DNA of 58,959 nt, the filler included, from Sphacelaria rigidula (lineage: Eukaryota): the NCBI GenBank assembly GCA_964200075.2. It is 4 parts of 4 records of this genome, joined end to end, with 100 filler letters (N's around TTAATTAATTAA, not from the genome) between each part and the next. Parts side by side here need not be neighbours in the genome. Positions count along the whole stretch, not along the records: positions 29,534 to 44,196 come from CAXNAA020002110.1; positions 44,297 to 58,959 come from CAXNAA020002111.1; 2 more parts are not named here. One strand, written 5' to 3'. Below, one piece after another: positions 37,540-50,273 of the stretch (position 1 is its first letter; each line of letters starts with the position of its first letter). Position numbers and translations under genes: made by a program. The notes below the pieces were generated by a model. The model was not told the origin of the DNA and did not search any database. It saw only the letters and a program-made list of their open reading frames with translations.

Positions 37540-40500
37540 TTAATGTACTGAACGTTCAGTTGCTGTACAGATGTAATGTTGCCATCTAACCAGTGTGTAC
37601 TGCACGTTTTGCCATGTTTCCCACCATTTTCGCATCAACCTTCAGTGCTTGCTTGACGTCACATGTTGGCCCTCGTCTAAAAAGATACAATATGCTCCAA
37701 CATGCAAGCCCGAGACAAGGCGAAGGACCCAAGAAACATGTAGCGATTAACAAACACTCGGTGGTTCAATTTTCTCTGTAAAACTTGTTGCACGACATTA
37801 CCTTCGTGCACGTTGAGTGATAACTTTGATGGATTAGGTGGCTGTTTCGTCGTCGCACATGAACCCTTTGGGAACCCTCCCCTTCCGCCCCCGGGCCAGA
37901 CGCCTCATTTTTTCAAGCCCCACAAAAAAGAGAGAATAGGAACAGAAAAGACCGACGGCAACCATTTTCACGGCGGAAGACCATAGAAGAATTCACCAGC
38001 ATACATCATGTGCGCACCGAAAGTGTCACCCGAGTGCAGTCAGATTAGTTTCATCCAGTGAGGGACGCAGCGAGTCAAGTTTGTTCAAGTTTGTGCACAC
38101 AGTCAAAACCACCACTTGCGTCCTTGAAGCCTTTACAAACAAAAGTCGGCCCCACCTCTCTATTTCCTATATACGAAGTCCCGTGCGACACTGGGGCACA
38201 TTTTGATACGGGTCTGAAAAACACGGGTCGGGCCAATATATTTCCGTGGAAGCTGTAAATACTCGAACCCTATGTCGTTTAAAAAAGCAACAATTCCATA
38301 TCCGCAAATTTTCATTGTCAGTACCGAAAGGGTTAACTGATTCCCGAGGGGATCCAGCCGTGCTCACAGACGGGATAAGCGTACCCGAAGATACAGGTAA
38401 ACACGACGGAAACAGTTGCAAACTACAGCAGTGTATCACTGTAGGTTTCAGGCCGTAACAGATCATCAGCACGAGTTTGCATTTCTTGGATTCGAATACT
38501 GTACGTCAAGGCTAACGACAAAAACAAAAGACGATACATGCATGCAGGACGGTGTGTGTGTTTGTTTGTGTCCCCGTCTAAAGTGAAATTCGGCAGTTTA
38601 TTCTTTTTCGGCGCCCGTGCACATGCCAAAATCGCATGAAAACAAGATGAGTAACTGGCGTCAGGCGGTCGTGTGAACAGCTGCGGGGGACACAGGGCAC
38701 TCCTGTTTCATTTCTAGTCGTCGGTTGTCTCGCCAAACCGGGGTAGTCGCGCCGCAGTTGAACATAGTCAGAGCAGTTGAGGAGTTCGGAGCTTCGATAG
38801 ATATCCGCCGGTTAGGAACTTCTCCAAGGGTTGGTGAGGCAGTCAGTCTGACAGTGAGACGCAACTTCCTCAAACGCTAGTAGATGACGTGTATTCCCCC
38901 AGTTTAGCAACAGTTTTTCTGTCAGTTGTTGGCAGAACATGTGAAATATGGTGTGTTACAGATGAAGAAAAATATGGGAAATAAAGTAGATTTTTTCATG
39001 TCCTGCCGTACGTGTGTGTGTAATTGTCGCATCCTTGGGGATCTCTCAGCGGGGGTAGAAAAGGCCTTGGCTGCAACACAAAGTAACACGCAAACTTGTG
39101 CATCGCCAACCACGGTAGGGTTGGATATCGACCGTCTCGGCTAGATTTTGCTGAAGGCCCAAGTTATGTCTTTATGGTGTGAAGAGCGCCGTCTTGTTGC
39201 GAGAAAAGGGTAGCCGTCAGCGCGGTCAGGGGTAGTGTTATTATTTCCCGTGTCTCACGGTAGGAAATATGCTGGTGCCCTCCTCTCTATATTTTCGCGT
39301 GTTTTTCTACGTGGGGGCAGTATCTTAGTAGCCCACTGCTCAGAAATGCCTAGTCAAGGAAGCGAGGCTCATTTCCAACAGAGAAGATAGTCCTGCCCAG
39401 GCAATTGGGCTCACCCCGAGACCCAGTACTAATGTCCTTATATTTTTGAACCAGATGTCTCGGTTATGATGGAGCAGTTACGTATGACTTTGTTCCTCGC
39501 GTCTAACAGAAGATCTTCATCAGCTGGCCAATACGATTAGTATGAGCGATGGAGGGGGCTCATCGACCACCTGAAATCTGTCGCAAGGGCCAGCTCCATA
39601 CCACGTCCCGTGTTGTCCCGTTGCTTGTCAACGCACGAACCCTCATCACACGCCACACGTACAAAATACGTCTCGCCCGTAAGATTCCGTATGCCACGCG
39701 AATCATTATTTTTTCCCGAGTATTTCTGATTGTCAGTATTCGTGATCCACGAATCACTCGGCCCTGTTTTCCCGGTGCTGCTCACTGCAGCGCTGTACGC
39801 CGGGATACCACCGGGCGTGAAGGGGTACATCAGCACTCGTTCAGGCGAATTTTGTGATGTCACATCCCAACCATGTGTAGAGTTGTTATTCACTGGTTTC
39901 CGTCTCTCGAAGAGGTGGGGATGAGAGTCGGCAGAAACACGGCGGTACAAGTCGGCGGCCTGTGGTTGGAGGAGTGCTCTGTCAGTGCTTGCTGTTGAGA
40001 AGGTACAGCAGACACGGGGAGAGGAGATGAGTTGGTCTGTCGAGACGACGCACCCGTCGCGGTATTAGAGTGGCAGGTCAAAGGTGCCACCGAAATACCA
40101 AAAAAGAAAGGAATCGCCTCGTTTGGAAAATATACGGGGGCGTGGGAAGCACAATGCACAACATATATTTGGAGATTTGATTGATTTTGATTTGAATGAT
40201 TGTCGCACTTTGACTGACCCCCCAGGGATCCAGTCGTGGTCACATAATAGACGTACCCAAGGCAGATATTCCGCCGGAAAACGGAGTAGATGTTTGTGTG
40301 TATGCACCCAATCTCGCTATTTTCAATGCGAAAGATCTACGCGGTGGATATATAGTGTGCACAGGAGTGGTGATGATGTTGAAAGACAGTCTTTGAAAAG
40401 TAGCGTATTTTCCAGCCTCCAGACACCGCGGGATCTCCAATAGCCGACACCTGCTGAAGCAAAAAGGCCGAGCGAAGCATGCACCTGTTCAGCGACGTCG

Positions 40501-40605
40501 TTTATTTATTACTTATCTCATCAAATATATATAGCCCCCCTCGGAAATATATGCTCCTTTTTCCTGCCACGTGTTTGACTCTTGCTTCTTGTTTTTTTTT
40601 CGTAG

Positions 40606-40766
40606 GGCGATGGCTTACCTCCAGCATCCAGTGAAGCCGGAGGGGCAGATTCGGAAGGACTCGTGAGAAGCGAGATCGGTTCCTGGAACGATTCTAACAG
40701 CAAGGCACTGCCGAGAGATGGCGGCTGGGATCGGTCCGCGATGCTGGCAGATGAGGATGCTCCGAA
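40606..40766 (+). CDS. probable internal exon of the WDR47-like gene
   Basis: Strong T-tract + CGTAG| acceptor; only one open frame (GDGLPPASSEAGG...DEDAP); AA|GTGAG donor, phase 2 matches the next exon. Confidence 0.6.
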
Positions 40767-41776
40767 GTGAGACGCGTTAGGAGATGAAGAATTATGGACC
40801 CCCCCCCTACCCCACCCACCCCCGCGCGCGCGCACGCAGAATACATATGATTCTTCGTCGTGAATCAACCGTAACGACAAATAAGATCACCATTTGTTCT
40901 CCAGGGCGTATTGTAGCTCGATCACGAAATTTGATGATGCTTCGAGCAATGCTGAGAGGTTCCAAGTTTGCATGCGCGGTTCTAGCTTTACTATCTGTTG
41001 ATGCGCGGTTGATCGTTTCGAACTTGTATCATTTGCATTTTCGTGTCTCTCTGTCGTTCTCTTGGTGCATTTGCATGCACTACGCATTTCCCATTTGACT
41101 CGAACTCTGAATAATGGGGACAACTGGTGTTGAATGTGTGTAGTTTTCTTCTCCCCGAGTGCCTGGCCTGCAACCGGAGTGGTGTACGGATAACGTTTCT
41201 TTGAACTCAGCATTTTTTCTGACCAATACTCGTGGTCGCCTCCTCTCTCGCTACGTGTTTGCTGGGGAACTAAAAAACACTGAAGATAACCAACTGCAGT
41301 GTACAGGCAGTGTCTACATCTTATCCGGTACCCGGAGCTATACCTCCACCCCTCCTGAAAAAAATCGCCCCACCCCACCTCTCTCTTGTTCTCCCGCCTT
41401 TTTGCGCCCGAGCTAGAACAGTTAAAAAATAACGACCTGTAGGCAGTCTATACTGCCCCCGCTCTTCGAGAAATGACCTTCGCCTCTCTTTCCATTTCAC
41501 GCGCGCTCTTTGATTCTTCGTGCCGTCGAGCCACGTGAAAATGATCAACTGTAGTTCGTCAGCACCATGCCGAGCAATCCCCGGCCCCAGCGCCGACTCT
41601 TCCGTCTCTCTCTCTCTCCCTCTCTTTCCCCCAAACGGTCACTCCACCCACAACGCGTTCGCCACTTCCTTCTCTCCCTCTTTGTCTGAATCTCTCTGTC
41701 TGTCTCTCTGTCTCTCTACCCCGTGCTTTTTTGCCTGTGCTGTCGGACAACTGGATCATGACTGGATGTGGCCCAG

Positions 41777-41928
41777 GTTCACCCCCACTGTGGTGATGCA
41801 AGGAACCCATCCGGTCCGAGCGGTGGCATTTTCGCCTGACGGGTGGCTGTTCGCTGCTGGGAGCAATAATCGAGCTCTCCGGGTGTGCCGGGCTCCCACG
41901 GAACAGGACCTTTGGGGCGCCGCAAAAG
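41777..41928 (+). CDS. WDR47: WD40 exon, WDR47-like (first repeat)
   Basis: FTPTVVMQGTHPVRAVAFSPDGWLFAAGSNNRALRVC resembles the recalled WDR47 segment AVRAVAFHPxGxLYAVGSNSKTLRVC; donor at 41928 or 41949 (both phase 1). Confidence 0.75.
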
Positions 41929-42322
41929 GTGCTTGTACCAGTACCCAAGGTAGCTGCGTTGGGGCGGGCGGATCACCCTCAGACTTTCGCAGAGTAGGCA
42001 AGGACGAGGTCATGGTCCAAGGCGTCAGGAGACCAGGCGTTGACAGTATACAGCCTTGACCATTTTATCGAAAGGTCAAAGAACCTTGACCGTTTTTCGC
42101 TCTTGTGGGAGAGCCATTTTATTCACTAATTTCACGTCATGGAAGCCCGAGGCTCGGGGAGCGGAGATGCTAAACGGACTCGAAAATTCGACCTGATGTG
42201 ATATTTGATGTTGTGATGTATCGATATTTCACTGATGTACCAAATGTCATTTCTCGACATTTTTCATACCGTAGGCACCAAAGTGAACCCGATGTCGACC
42301 TATAGATAGCTGACCCTTTCTA

Positions 42323-42550
42323 CGGTAGCCCCAACAAAAACGCGACTGGTTTGGGAAGGTAAAATCTACACTTGATTCGGAATGAAGAAAAAACGACCAC
42401 AACGAGCAGCTGGGAATTCTCACGCTTGGGTTCGTTGTCGCCAATGTCGCCCATATGAAGCGCTTCATGCAAGCCCGAAACCAACATTAGACGCTGTATG
42501 GCCATTTTATTTCGTGACACTTTTGGGCTGGTTTCGGCAGGGGGCTATCG
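42323..42550. mobile_element. Tc1/mariner-like MITE
   Basis: TA-CGGTAGCCCC...GGGGCTATCG-TA. Confidence 0.55.
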
Positions 42551-42738
42551 TAGAAACTGTCATCTGCTGATACTGATGAGCATTAAGCGTTCCAATCTGC
42601 GACATAAATTGGAGTATTTTCCGATGCCCTTCATCATTCCAAACGACCGACTTTCTTGCCTACCGCGCTGAAAATTTCGACCCACTTGTCCGTTCTTGCC
42701 CTGTGGCCTATGGATGATTCGGCTGCGCGCATCTTCAG

Positions 42739-42861
42739 TCGTGGATGAACAGGGCGGCCTGAGCGTCCTACCCTCTGAGGAAGTAATTCGCAGAGACACC
42801 CTACACCGTGGCTCCATTTACTGTCTTGGCTTCAGCCCAGACTCTTCTTTCGTCGCTACAG
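42739..42861 (+). CDS. WDR47: WD40 exon, WDR47-like (second repeat)
   Basis: VIRRDTLHRGSIYCLGFSPDSSFVATG resembles recalled WDR47 [21 protein letters not shown]; TTCAG| acceptor, CAG|GTACAA donor. Confidence 0.8.
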
Positions 42862-43899
42862 GTACAAGTGGTGACTTTATTTCTTTTTTCATTTTGTTTC
42901 ACGAGATATTTTACTGCTTGCGTCCTTCTCTTCGCCTTGCTTCTTCCTCCCACCACACGTTTCCGAAGTATGTTCAAGTGCGATACGTACTATCTCGGAT
43001 CGACGTCGTAAGATTGGCTTCATCAACTTGGTAGACCCGGTCCTTGTTTGTCCGTCAGATATTGAGAAATATGTCGGATCTCTTGTTTTCATCTAATTTG
43101 TGGTGACTCTCCGATTTTTTTCCGATACGATTCGAGGAATTGATTTCTTATACATATCAAGTGTGCAGTAGGTGCACTATTAGTGTTTCCTGACCAACAT
43201 TTTTTCGTCAGTATCTTTTGGGTGTGCTCAACTTCTGCGGTAGTGCGGTGCCAGTTATGGGTTGTGTCCATTGCTACCACCTCACAGTGAGACTTGTGTG
43301 CTTCCGCGGGCTGCTGGGGATGATAATGGGTGGTGATAAAGCTATGGACAGAGGATCCCCTGCTGACTCTTTCGCGTTTGTTGCCGCCTTCACAGACGTT
43401 CGTCTCTCCTGTGTGAACATTGGGTTCTCTCGGCAATACTCGGGTATGGAGTATCACCTGAATTTGATCTCACTACTGTACTCGATTCAGGGTAGAGTTG
43501 GGTATGATCGAAATGCCCTGCCCGAATACTGGGTGATTTGAGTACGATCTCAATACTCTACCCAACATGTTGACTGAGCGTACCACTTTTCAAGATATCC
43601 GGGTATTGGGTACCAGGTATATCCTACCCAGCACACCCTGGGTCATAATCCACCGCGTCATTTTTGCCTGGCGTTATGACAAGGCAACATTATGCATTCG
43701 CGCTACGCGAGATTTCAAATTTTCCCGAGAAAAAGTTTTCCTGTGGTGGATGATGGCGAGTTCGGACATCAGGACGAGACCATGAGATGGAGGACAAACC
43801 GGAAAGATCTTGTAACAAGAGACTCAGCGAGATAGCGGGAAATGCAGGTATTCGTCTCGGCTGCTCACAAGTGGTACTCAGTATCGGTGATAACCATGG

Positions 43900-44196
43900 T
43901 ATCCAGCTTGTACTACCGGCTCCTCCTGCGAGTCATCGGGTACCGCCGAGTGCGCGGCACATACCGACAGCTGTCGTATGCACAGGCCCTCACGAAGACC
44001 GGATCGAAAGTGCCGAAGCCATCGTCCGGCAACGACGACTGCTGTTCGCGGGAGCCCTGGCTAGACAACCGGACGAACGACTACCGAAGCGAATAGCATT
44101 CGGAACACTAGTCGGGGGGGAGGATCCAGGACCAGGGTGCCCGGAACAAAACTGGTTGAAGTGCCTGAGAGACGATCTCCACGCTTTCGGAGCCAC
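43900..44196 (+). mobile_element. 5'-truncated RTE-like LINE, 3' end of ORF2
   Basis: YYRLLLRVIGYRR...LSY and IVRQRRLLFAGALARQPDERLPKRIAFG...WLKCLRDDL match the post-RT region typical of RTE-clade LINEs; one frameshift; runs into the gap. Confidence 0.85.
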
Positions 44197-45574
44197 NNNN
44201 NNNNNNNNNNNNNNNNNNNNNNNNNNNNNNNNNNNNNNNNTTAATTAATTAANNNNNNNNNNNNNNNNNNNNNNNNNNNNNNNNNNNNNNNNNNNNCGTG
44301 CAAGACAGATATGCCACTTCAGCCCCATATTTTGTATGAACCCCAAAATATAAAATCGGCTGTTCGCTATCGTTGGCGGAGAATCGGTGTGTGCATCGTA
44401 TGAACTGCGTACGCCAAAAAACAATTCCACACCGTTTCAAGCCGATGTCTGAGATACATAGAATGAACATAGCCGACTCTCGCCAAGCGTTCCCTATATA
44501 CATACGGCTTTACAGAGTATCACGCGTCTACTACTTACCCGACAATGTTGTCAGATGGGTTGTCAGACCTTGCCTGAATGATAATACCGTTTGGTTTCTA
44601 TGATCAAGTGTGTAAGTAAATCACCAGCATTCAAGCACCCGTCGTCTTCTGTATAGTCCAGGATGTACCTCCGTAGATGGTCTTGGAAAACTGCCGAGGG
44701 TTTAGCTTCAAAAGGGCAAAAGAGAGTGGGTCCTAATCAACGAGATAAGTAGCCTATATCACCGGATAGACAGTTACGTCTCGGTCAACGTGAAATTCGG
44801 GTTCTTTGAGCGTTTTTTCTGAATCATGTGTTTTTGTGTGTATACAATTAGTTAGTGTTAATGCGATGCACACACCATGCATCACCTGCGCTATGCAAAC
44901 TCCAACAAATTCAACACTTCTCTCCAATCTTTCACCGAGAAGACTTCGTAGTAAAGCACATATTTCACGGCGCCCCCCGCAATCCGCTGCTCCTGTACGT
45001 TGTGAATAAGTGTAGGAGTCAGTTGCCGCATCTATAACCCCTAGCATTTTCAAGCACCTAGTGAAGCGAATAGTCGTGAAGGGATTAGAGAGGGTAGATT
45101 TTCGAATCTTGTTCAGACCTGTGAAGGGATGGGAGATATGAAGAACATTCCCTCCCCTCCCCTCCCCTTGGGATGAGTAGGGTAGCGTTGAGAGGACCCC
45201 TACCCAACATGATAACACTAATCAACTGCAGCGTTTTCCCCCAATCGATGGTACCGTTAACACAGCGAATGCTAGAGCATGACCCCTGATATTTCCCTAC
45301 TCTCGCCCCACCTATCGCCTCACGACACAGAACTGCAAAGAGCATTCGACCCTTTTTTTATAATGGATTTTGCCATTTCCGGCAAAAAACAGTTTACCTG
45401 GGGTACGTCTATCGTGTACGCACGGGTGGACCCTTACGGTTCAGTTAATGTTAGTGTACGACAATTCAATCAACTGATCGATCAAATTTGCTCAGGTTTC
45501 GAAAAAATATTCTTGCCGCTTTTTACATCGGAACTAAACCCGAATGCAATATATATATGTTTGTGTATATGCAG

Positions 45575-45757
45575 ATTGAAGGAGGGGAATAGAGCACTAT
45601 CGCAGGCCCTCCAGCTGGGGTTAGCCGACGCGTCGCTTTTACGAGAGATCGGAAATTGCTATGTCGCTGCTGGGCGGCTGGAGGCAGCCGAGGGCGTGCT
45701 ACGTATGTCGCTGGCAGCAGATGGTAACGGAACGGGAGGAAACCCTCACACGCGCAG
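45575..45757 (+). CDS. TPR-repeat protein (CFAP70/TTC18-like C-terminus), third-last exon
   Basis: RLKEGNRALSQALQLGLADASLLREIGNCYVAAGRLEAAEGVLRMSLA has TPR periodicity; GCAG| acceptor; non-canonical donor AG|GCGAGT. Confidence 0.75.
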
Positions 45758-46583
45758 GCGAGTGCCGTTCAAGCGTCAGGGGGGTGCGGGCGGAAGGGGA
45801 GGGGGATGGCGCATGAATAGCCAAAGTAGCTGAATAGCTAATAGCATGTACTCTTGATACACATGGAAAATGCCTTGTAGGGCAAAAGTTTAGAAATATG
45901 CGTCTATTTTGCACAAAACCCGGTGCATAAACATACACTGTGAGTGAGCCCAAGGTATCGAGAACCGGAACGGGGGGCAAGGCAGAGCCGGTTGATCAAA
46001 ACCGATATCTGGAACAACAAACGAACTGTGGGAATTAGTGTCGTGGCCCCCGTGAGCTTTCCTTATGCCAACTCGAAGTGTGTGCCCCTGAGATCGTCAT
46101 CAACGGCGAACCTGTATGTCAGAGTGGGACGAAGTGCCGTGGTTTGCGCAAGTGTCCTCATCCTGACGACAAATACAAGTGTCTGACTTCGCCGTAACGA
46201 TAAATCTGCACGACAGAAACGCTTGAAACTCTAGCAGAAATCCTGCGAATGTTACGCCTGTCTGGGGAAAGAAAGGGCCAGCCCCACAACGCGGCAAATG
46301 GGTGTGTTGAGGGCGTCATGTTGGCTACACAGCATCATGCCCTAGACTCTATTCCGATCTTGAATTCTACAAGACGGTGCTATCCTACACCCGATGATGT
46401 ATCTGAGATACTGAGTGCGGCACGGTAGCAGCGCCGTTTCATCCGCAAAATGGGAGCGTTGCAGTACGAGACGCATCTACGGGGGTACCATGGGATGTTG
46501 TTTCGATCGGCGCTTATCGTCCCTACACGCTGACAACTAACACGCTGTTACCCCGATCCCACTTCGCGATTGCATTATTGTAG

Positions 46584-46626
46584 ACGCTTGGCAGACGTCC
46601 TATCGGCTCGCAACGCTACGACGCAG
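46584..46626 (+). CDS. TPR-repeat protein, 43-nt exon
   Basis: TTGTAG| acceptor, RRLADVLSARNATTQ, CAG|GTGAGC donor; phase 2 to 0 links the flanking exons into a continuous TPR. Confidence 0.7.
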
Positions 46627-47110
46627 GTGAGCAACAAGTACGAGAATCCTAGCCGCTGGTTGTGTAATTCTCGTCCCGATCTTTATTTGTTTTTCATTCT
46701 CACAAAAGTGAAGACAATACACGCATCAAAAAGTTGTCAACACCAAGGGAAGGTCATTGTGAACTCCTGCTATCGCTGGTGCAATACATTGTAATACTCA
46801 CTTGTTCGTACAGCTCGTGCACTACGTTTCAAGAACTCGGCGCTCAGGCCCGACGACGGTATCGCGGTGAAATTCGCAGATATGGCTCCGAGTGCACTTA
46901 CAACACGGAGAGTGAAGCATATATTTTCATAAGAATGCATTGTAAAATGGGAGTCGTGCAGCGATGGAGGGAAGAGATGGGTATAATGGACTATAATGCA
47001 ATCCCAGCAGGATGCACCTCACCCTTCATACGACTCGCCGAACACGGCTTCGTAGGGATGCGAGATCAACGGTCTTATGACTACGGCATGCAACATGATG
47101 AGCACACGCC

Positions 47111-47170
<60 letters not shown>

Positions 47171-47984
47171 CCATCCCTCCTACCATACATCACAAACCCC
47201 AAACCACCCCAAGCCGCCCCCCCNNNNNNNNNNCCTCCCCCACCCGGGCTTGGAGGGGAGGCGAGATCACGGGCTTTAGAACCCCGGCCGGCAATATGAG
47301 GACCACCCCCCCCCCCCCCCCCCCCCCCGCTCCCTGGCGCGCACACTCATCGGATCAAAAGTTATTCCAATAGCTATGATTGAACTCAAGAAACCTCGAG
47401 CGTAGCTGAGCCACCCACTCGGGTTTCGTCTGTCCCCCTCCTCATGTTGGGGTGTGACGTCATCAAGTCATCAGAGGTTCACTCTATACTGAGCTCCGCA
47501 TCCATTCATAACTCGAATCTGCCCTCCCATGCTAACTTTCTTCATCTACATGGTCGTGGGCCACCTGTGATCCTACAAAAACAACGTTTTCCGTTGCATG
47601 TTATACTCATCGCCGTGTGCGACGACCATACACAAGTATCGGCGAGCCTCTGTTCCTACCGTCTCCGCGTACGTAATAAATGTTCTCTGTCCTACAATTC
47701 ATGGGGCGCTTGAGCTCAAAATAGCACAGAAAAGGGTGCTCTGGACTCTGATCGTTGATATTGCTTGCCTTGGCGTACCGATTTTGTGGAGAGCGCTAGG
47801 GTTTTCCTGTAGAGACAGGCCCCTGAAAACGACAGGGTGAGCGAGTCTGCACAAAACAGAGCTTTCACCTGGTCCTGTAAGGAGATGAATCAAAGTGCCA
47901 ATATATTTAGTGGTACACTTGAGAGTATGCCCGCAGCTCATTGTTACTGAACCACGAACGTGGAAAATACCATGCGTCTGCTAG

Positions 47985-48257
47985 GCCGTGCAAGAATATC
48001 AGCGAGTTCTGGAGTCTCCATCGATAGAAGACTCTGAGAAGCAGGAAGTACTAGTGCGATGTGCCAACCTCCTGCGGAAGATGGGCAGGAGTGAAGAAAT
48101 CAATCAACTTCAAAAGGCAGCTTGTTTTGCTCGCGCTGAGGATGACGGGGGAGGAGGAGGGCAGGAAGGTCATGCAAATCTTCTCGTCCGCGAGATACAA
48201 ACGCCGGGTGGCGAGATACAACCGAATAACCTTGAAATCCAACTAAATGCAGGTTAA
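47985..48257 (+). CDS. TPR-repeat protein, probable last exon
   Basis: CTAG| acceptor, AVQEYQRVLE...LVRCANLLRKMGRSEE...NAG* ; phase 0. Confidence 0.7.
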   Translation, partial: AVQEYQRVLESPSIEDSEKQEVLVRCANLLRKMGRSEEINQLQKAACFARAEDDGGGGGQEGHANLLVREIQTPGGEIQPNNLEIQLNAG

Positions 48258-50273
48258 TTGGAGAGTTTGGGGTTATATAACAGACGCCATGACCCTGATG
48301 GACGGCGTTGGCGTGTTGTCTGTTTACATGCGTTCCGCACGCGTTATTCTTCGCCAGGGGGTGACCATACCCAACCATACTATACAGGGTGTTCCGCTGA
48401 CTGTACAGGGCCGTAGCTCCATTTTGGGGTATGCAGCACCTCGTGATAGGAAGGGCACCCGCCGTAGAGTGACGCGTGGTGTGGTCGCTTGTACAGTGTA
48501 CACGAATTACCCAGAAGTTTGACGGGGGCGGGACGCAGAGAGCGAGGATCGCATCGTCGTTTTCTATTCAAATATATTATGTCTTCTGGGTGGTGCAGGC
48601 CGGTCTGCTCTGTCGTTCAAGGTCTATGTCGATTTGTGAATACGCAAAAGCTCCACGCGATGTGCTCGAGTCTGTTAGCTTTTGTGCGCACATTCCACGT
48701 AAATTTGCACGCACCGATGCAAACGAGGGAGGAGGGAGCAACAGACACAGGCTGTGGAGTGTTGTGTAACTGAATGAAGTGGAAGCGTGAGGTTGAAGTT
48801 TACTTGGATGAGGCGACGAGGGGTATGATACCCACTGCGCCGTTCGTGTTTCTCTCGCTTCGGGCTTCACCCGGAATCGAACCCGGCTCCAGCTGGGAAG
48901 CGTGGGGCGCCTGAAGCACGACAAAACCCTCTCATTGTCCCATGCCACACCTCGATAACATTGGGTGCAAGCACCACTCAATTTCCAACCTGAAACTACG
49001 AACTGCACGTATCTGCTGCGGTAAAGCATTGCCACCTCGTTGAATGCCAGGGTGCGTGAATGGGTACGTGAGCTTAAAAGTGGTTGGAGATCGGTCAAAT
49101 GATGTACTGTATTTCTACAGCATTATTAGGCAGTTTCGGAATGCGTAACTTCGGCTGGCGAAACCATCGCCAGCGTAACTGTTTTTCGTCTGCGTCAGGC
49201 CGAGAGACGTGCTCTGGTACGCTCACAAAATAAATGAGAGTCGAGTTTCGTCTACGTAGACGGAGGTTTACAATATGTTCCCTTACGACGACGAAAGAAG
49301 ACCACGATGCCACGAATGTCGGCTCAAAGGCAGGGAACACGGGTTCAATCAGCATTTTGCTGCATGCCACAACGCGAATAGACGCATCGCAACTCGGGCA
49401 CCATAGACGTCACAAGGATAGAAACCTTTTGGGCACGTCTAGTGACACGAGACACCTCTGGCGTGGACGTGGATGCTGCCTATGTGACCTAAATGGTGGG
49501 GGTTGGTGTCCCGTGAACTGTGAGCCGGGGTCGCGTTGGGCTATCGTGTGTAGTGCCCACAGAAAATATTGTACTTGCATGGGGGTCGGAAAGGATGCTA
49601 TCATGAACTTCTTGGCTCCCCTCCACTCGACTCGGCCGAGGCCAGCACATGCATTTTTGCGCACACGCAGGGTATGAATGTTCCGCGACCAAGGGCGTAT
49701 CGTGTTGAGACTACAGCTTTCTACCAGCTTGCCCGATCTCCGAACAGCTCGCAAGAGATCCAAAATGTCCATTATGAACAAGCAATGCCTCGCTAGTCCC
49801 AACGCTTGCTCAACTCCAAGTCAAGGCGCGATAGCTGACGCAACATTCTCGAATCCTCGCCTAGAGCAAGTCTCCTGACCCTGAACCAGCAAAGAAAACC
49901 CCAAACGTCAACGAACGTCAAATTCCCAACCATTAGCCTGTCCGACTACCCCCGTGTCGCAGAGAGGTGGTGAGAAAGATGTTTACCACACTTATGAACG
50001 CCATACACTGGTAGGTAGCATAACCTTGTCCTTTATTTTGCCGGCGAAGGCAAGCAAACGATGATATCCGCACCATCTGTAACGAGATATCTAACAGCAA
50101 CAGTAGATCTACATAATAACGAGCCCTATCTTGTTCGAGAAGCGAACAGTTTACCGGTTGAACCGCTCACTGGTAAAGTGTTCGCTTTCTGAACGAGAGA
50201 TATATATGTCGTATGGTATCCCGGCTTGACACATCAGTCATCTCCAGAGCTCCCCGCCTACCGCCACTCGCAA

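Larger units (their letters stand above)
18130..42861 (+). pseudogene. WDR47: WDR47/nemitin-like LisH-CTLH-WD40 gene, probably pseudogenised; 3' part not found
   Basis: Clear WD40 exons at 41777 and 42739; phase-compatible low-complexity exons at 29619, 34215 and 40606; colinear but frameshifted or stop-containing remnants resembling the WDR47 N-terminus at ~18190, ~18390, ~20080, ~22985, ~23705 and ~24513; 5' boundary approximate. Confidence 0.5.

Noticed and set aside
14668..44296. TTAATTAATTAA flanked by 44 Ns, three times (14668-14767, 29434-29533, 44197-44296)
   Set aside because: Artificial all-frame-stop contig linker, not biology; it also makes adjacency across these joins uncertain
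42861..45575. Fusion of the WD40 and TPR exons into one gene
   Set aside because: The phase 1 donor does not match the phase 2 acceptor, the WD propeller is incomplete, and an artificial join lies between
48577..49802. Minus-strand ORF run with YRGVAWD (AP2-like) and VWHGT (PARP-like) words
   Set aside because: Isolated short words in frames broken by stops; no supporting domain context
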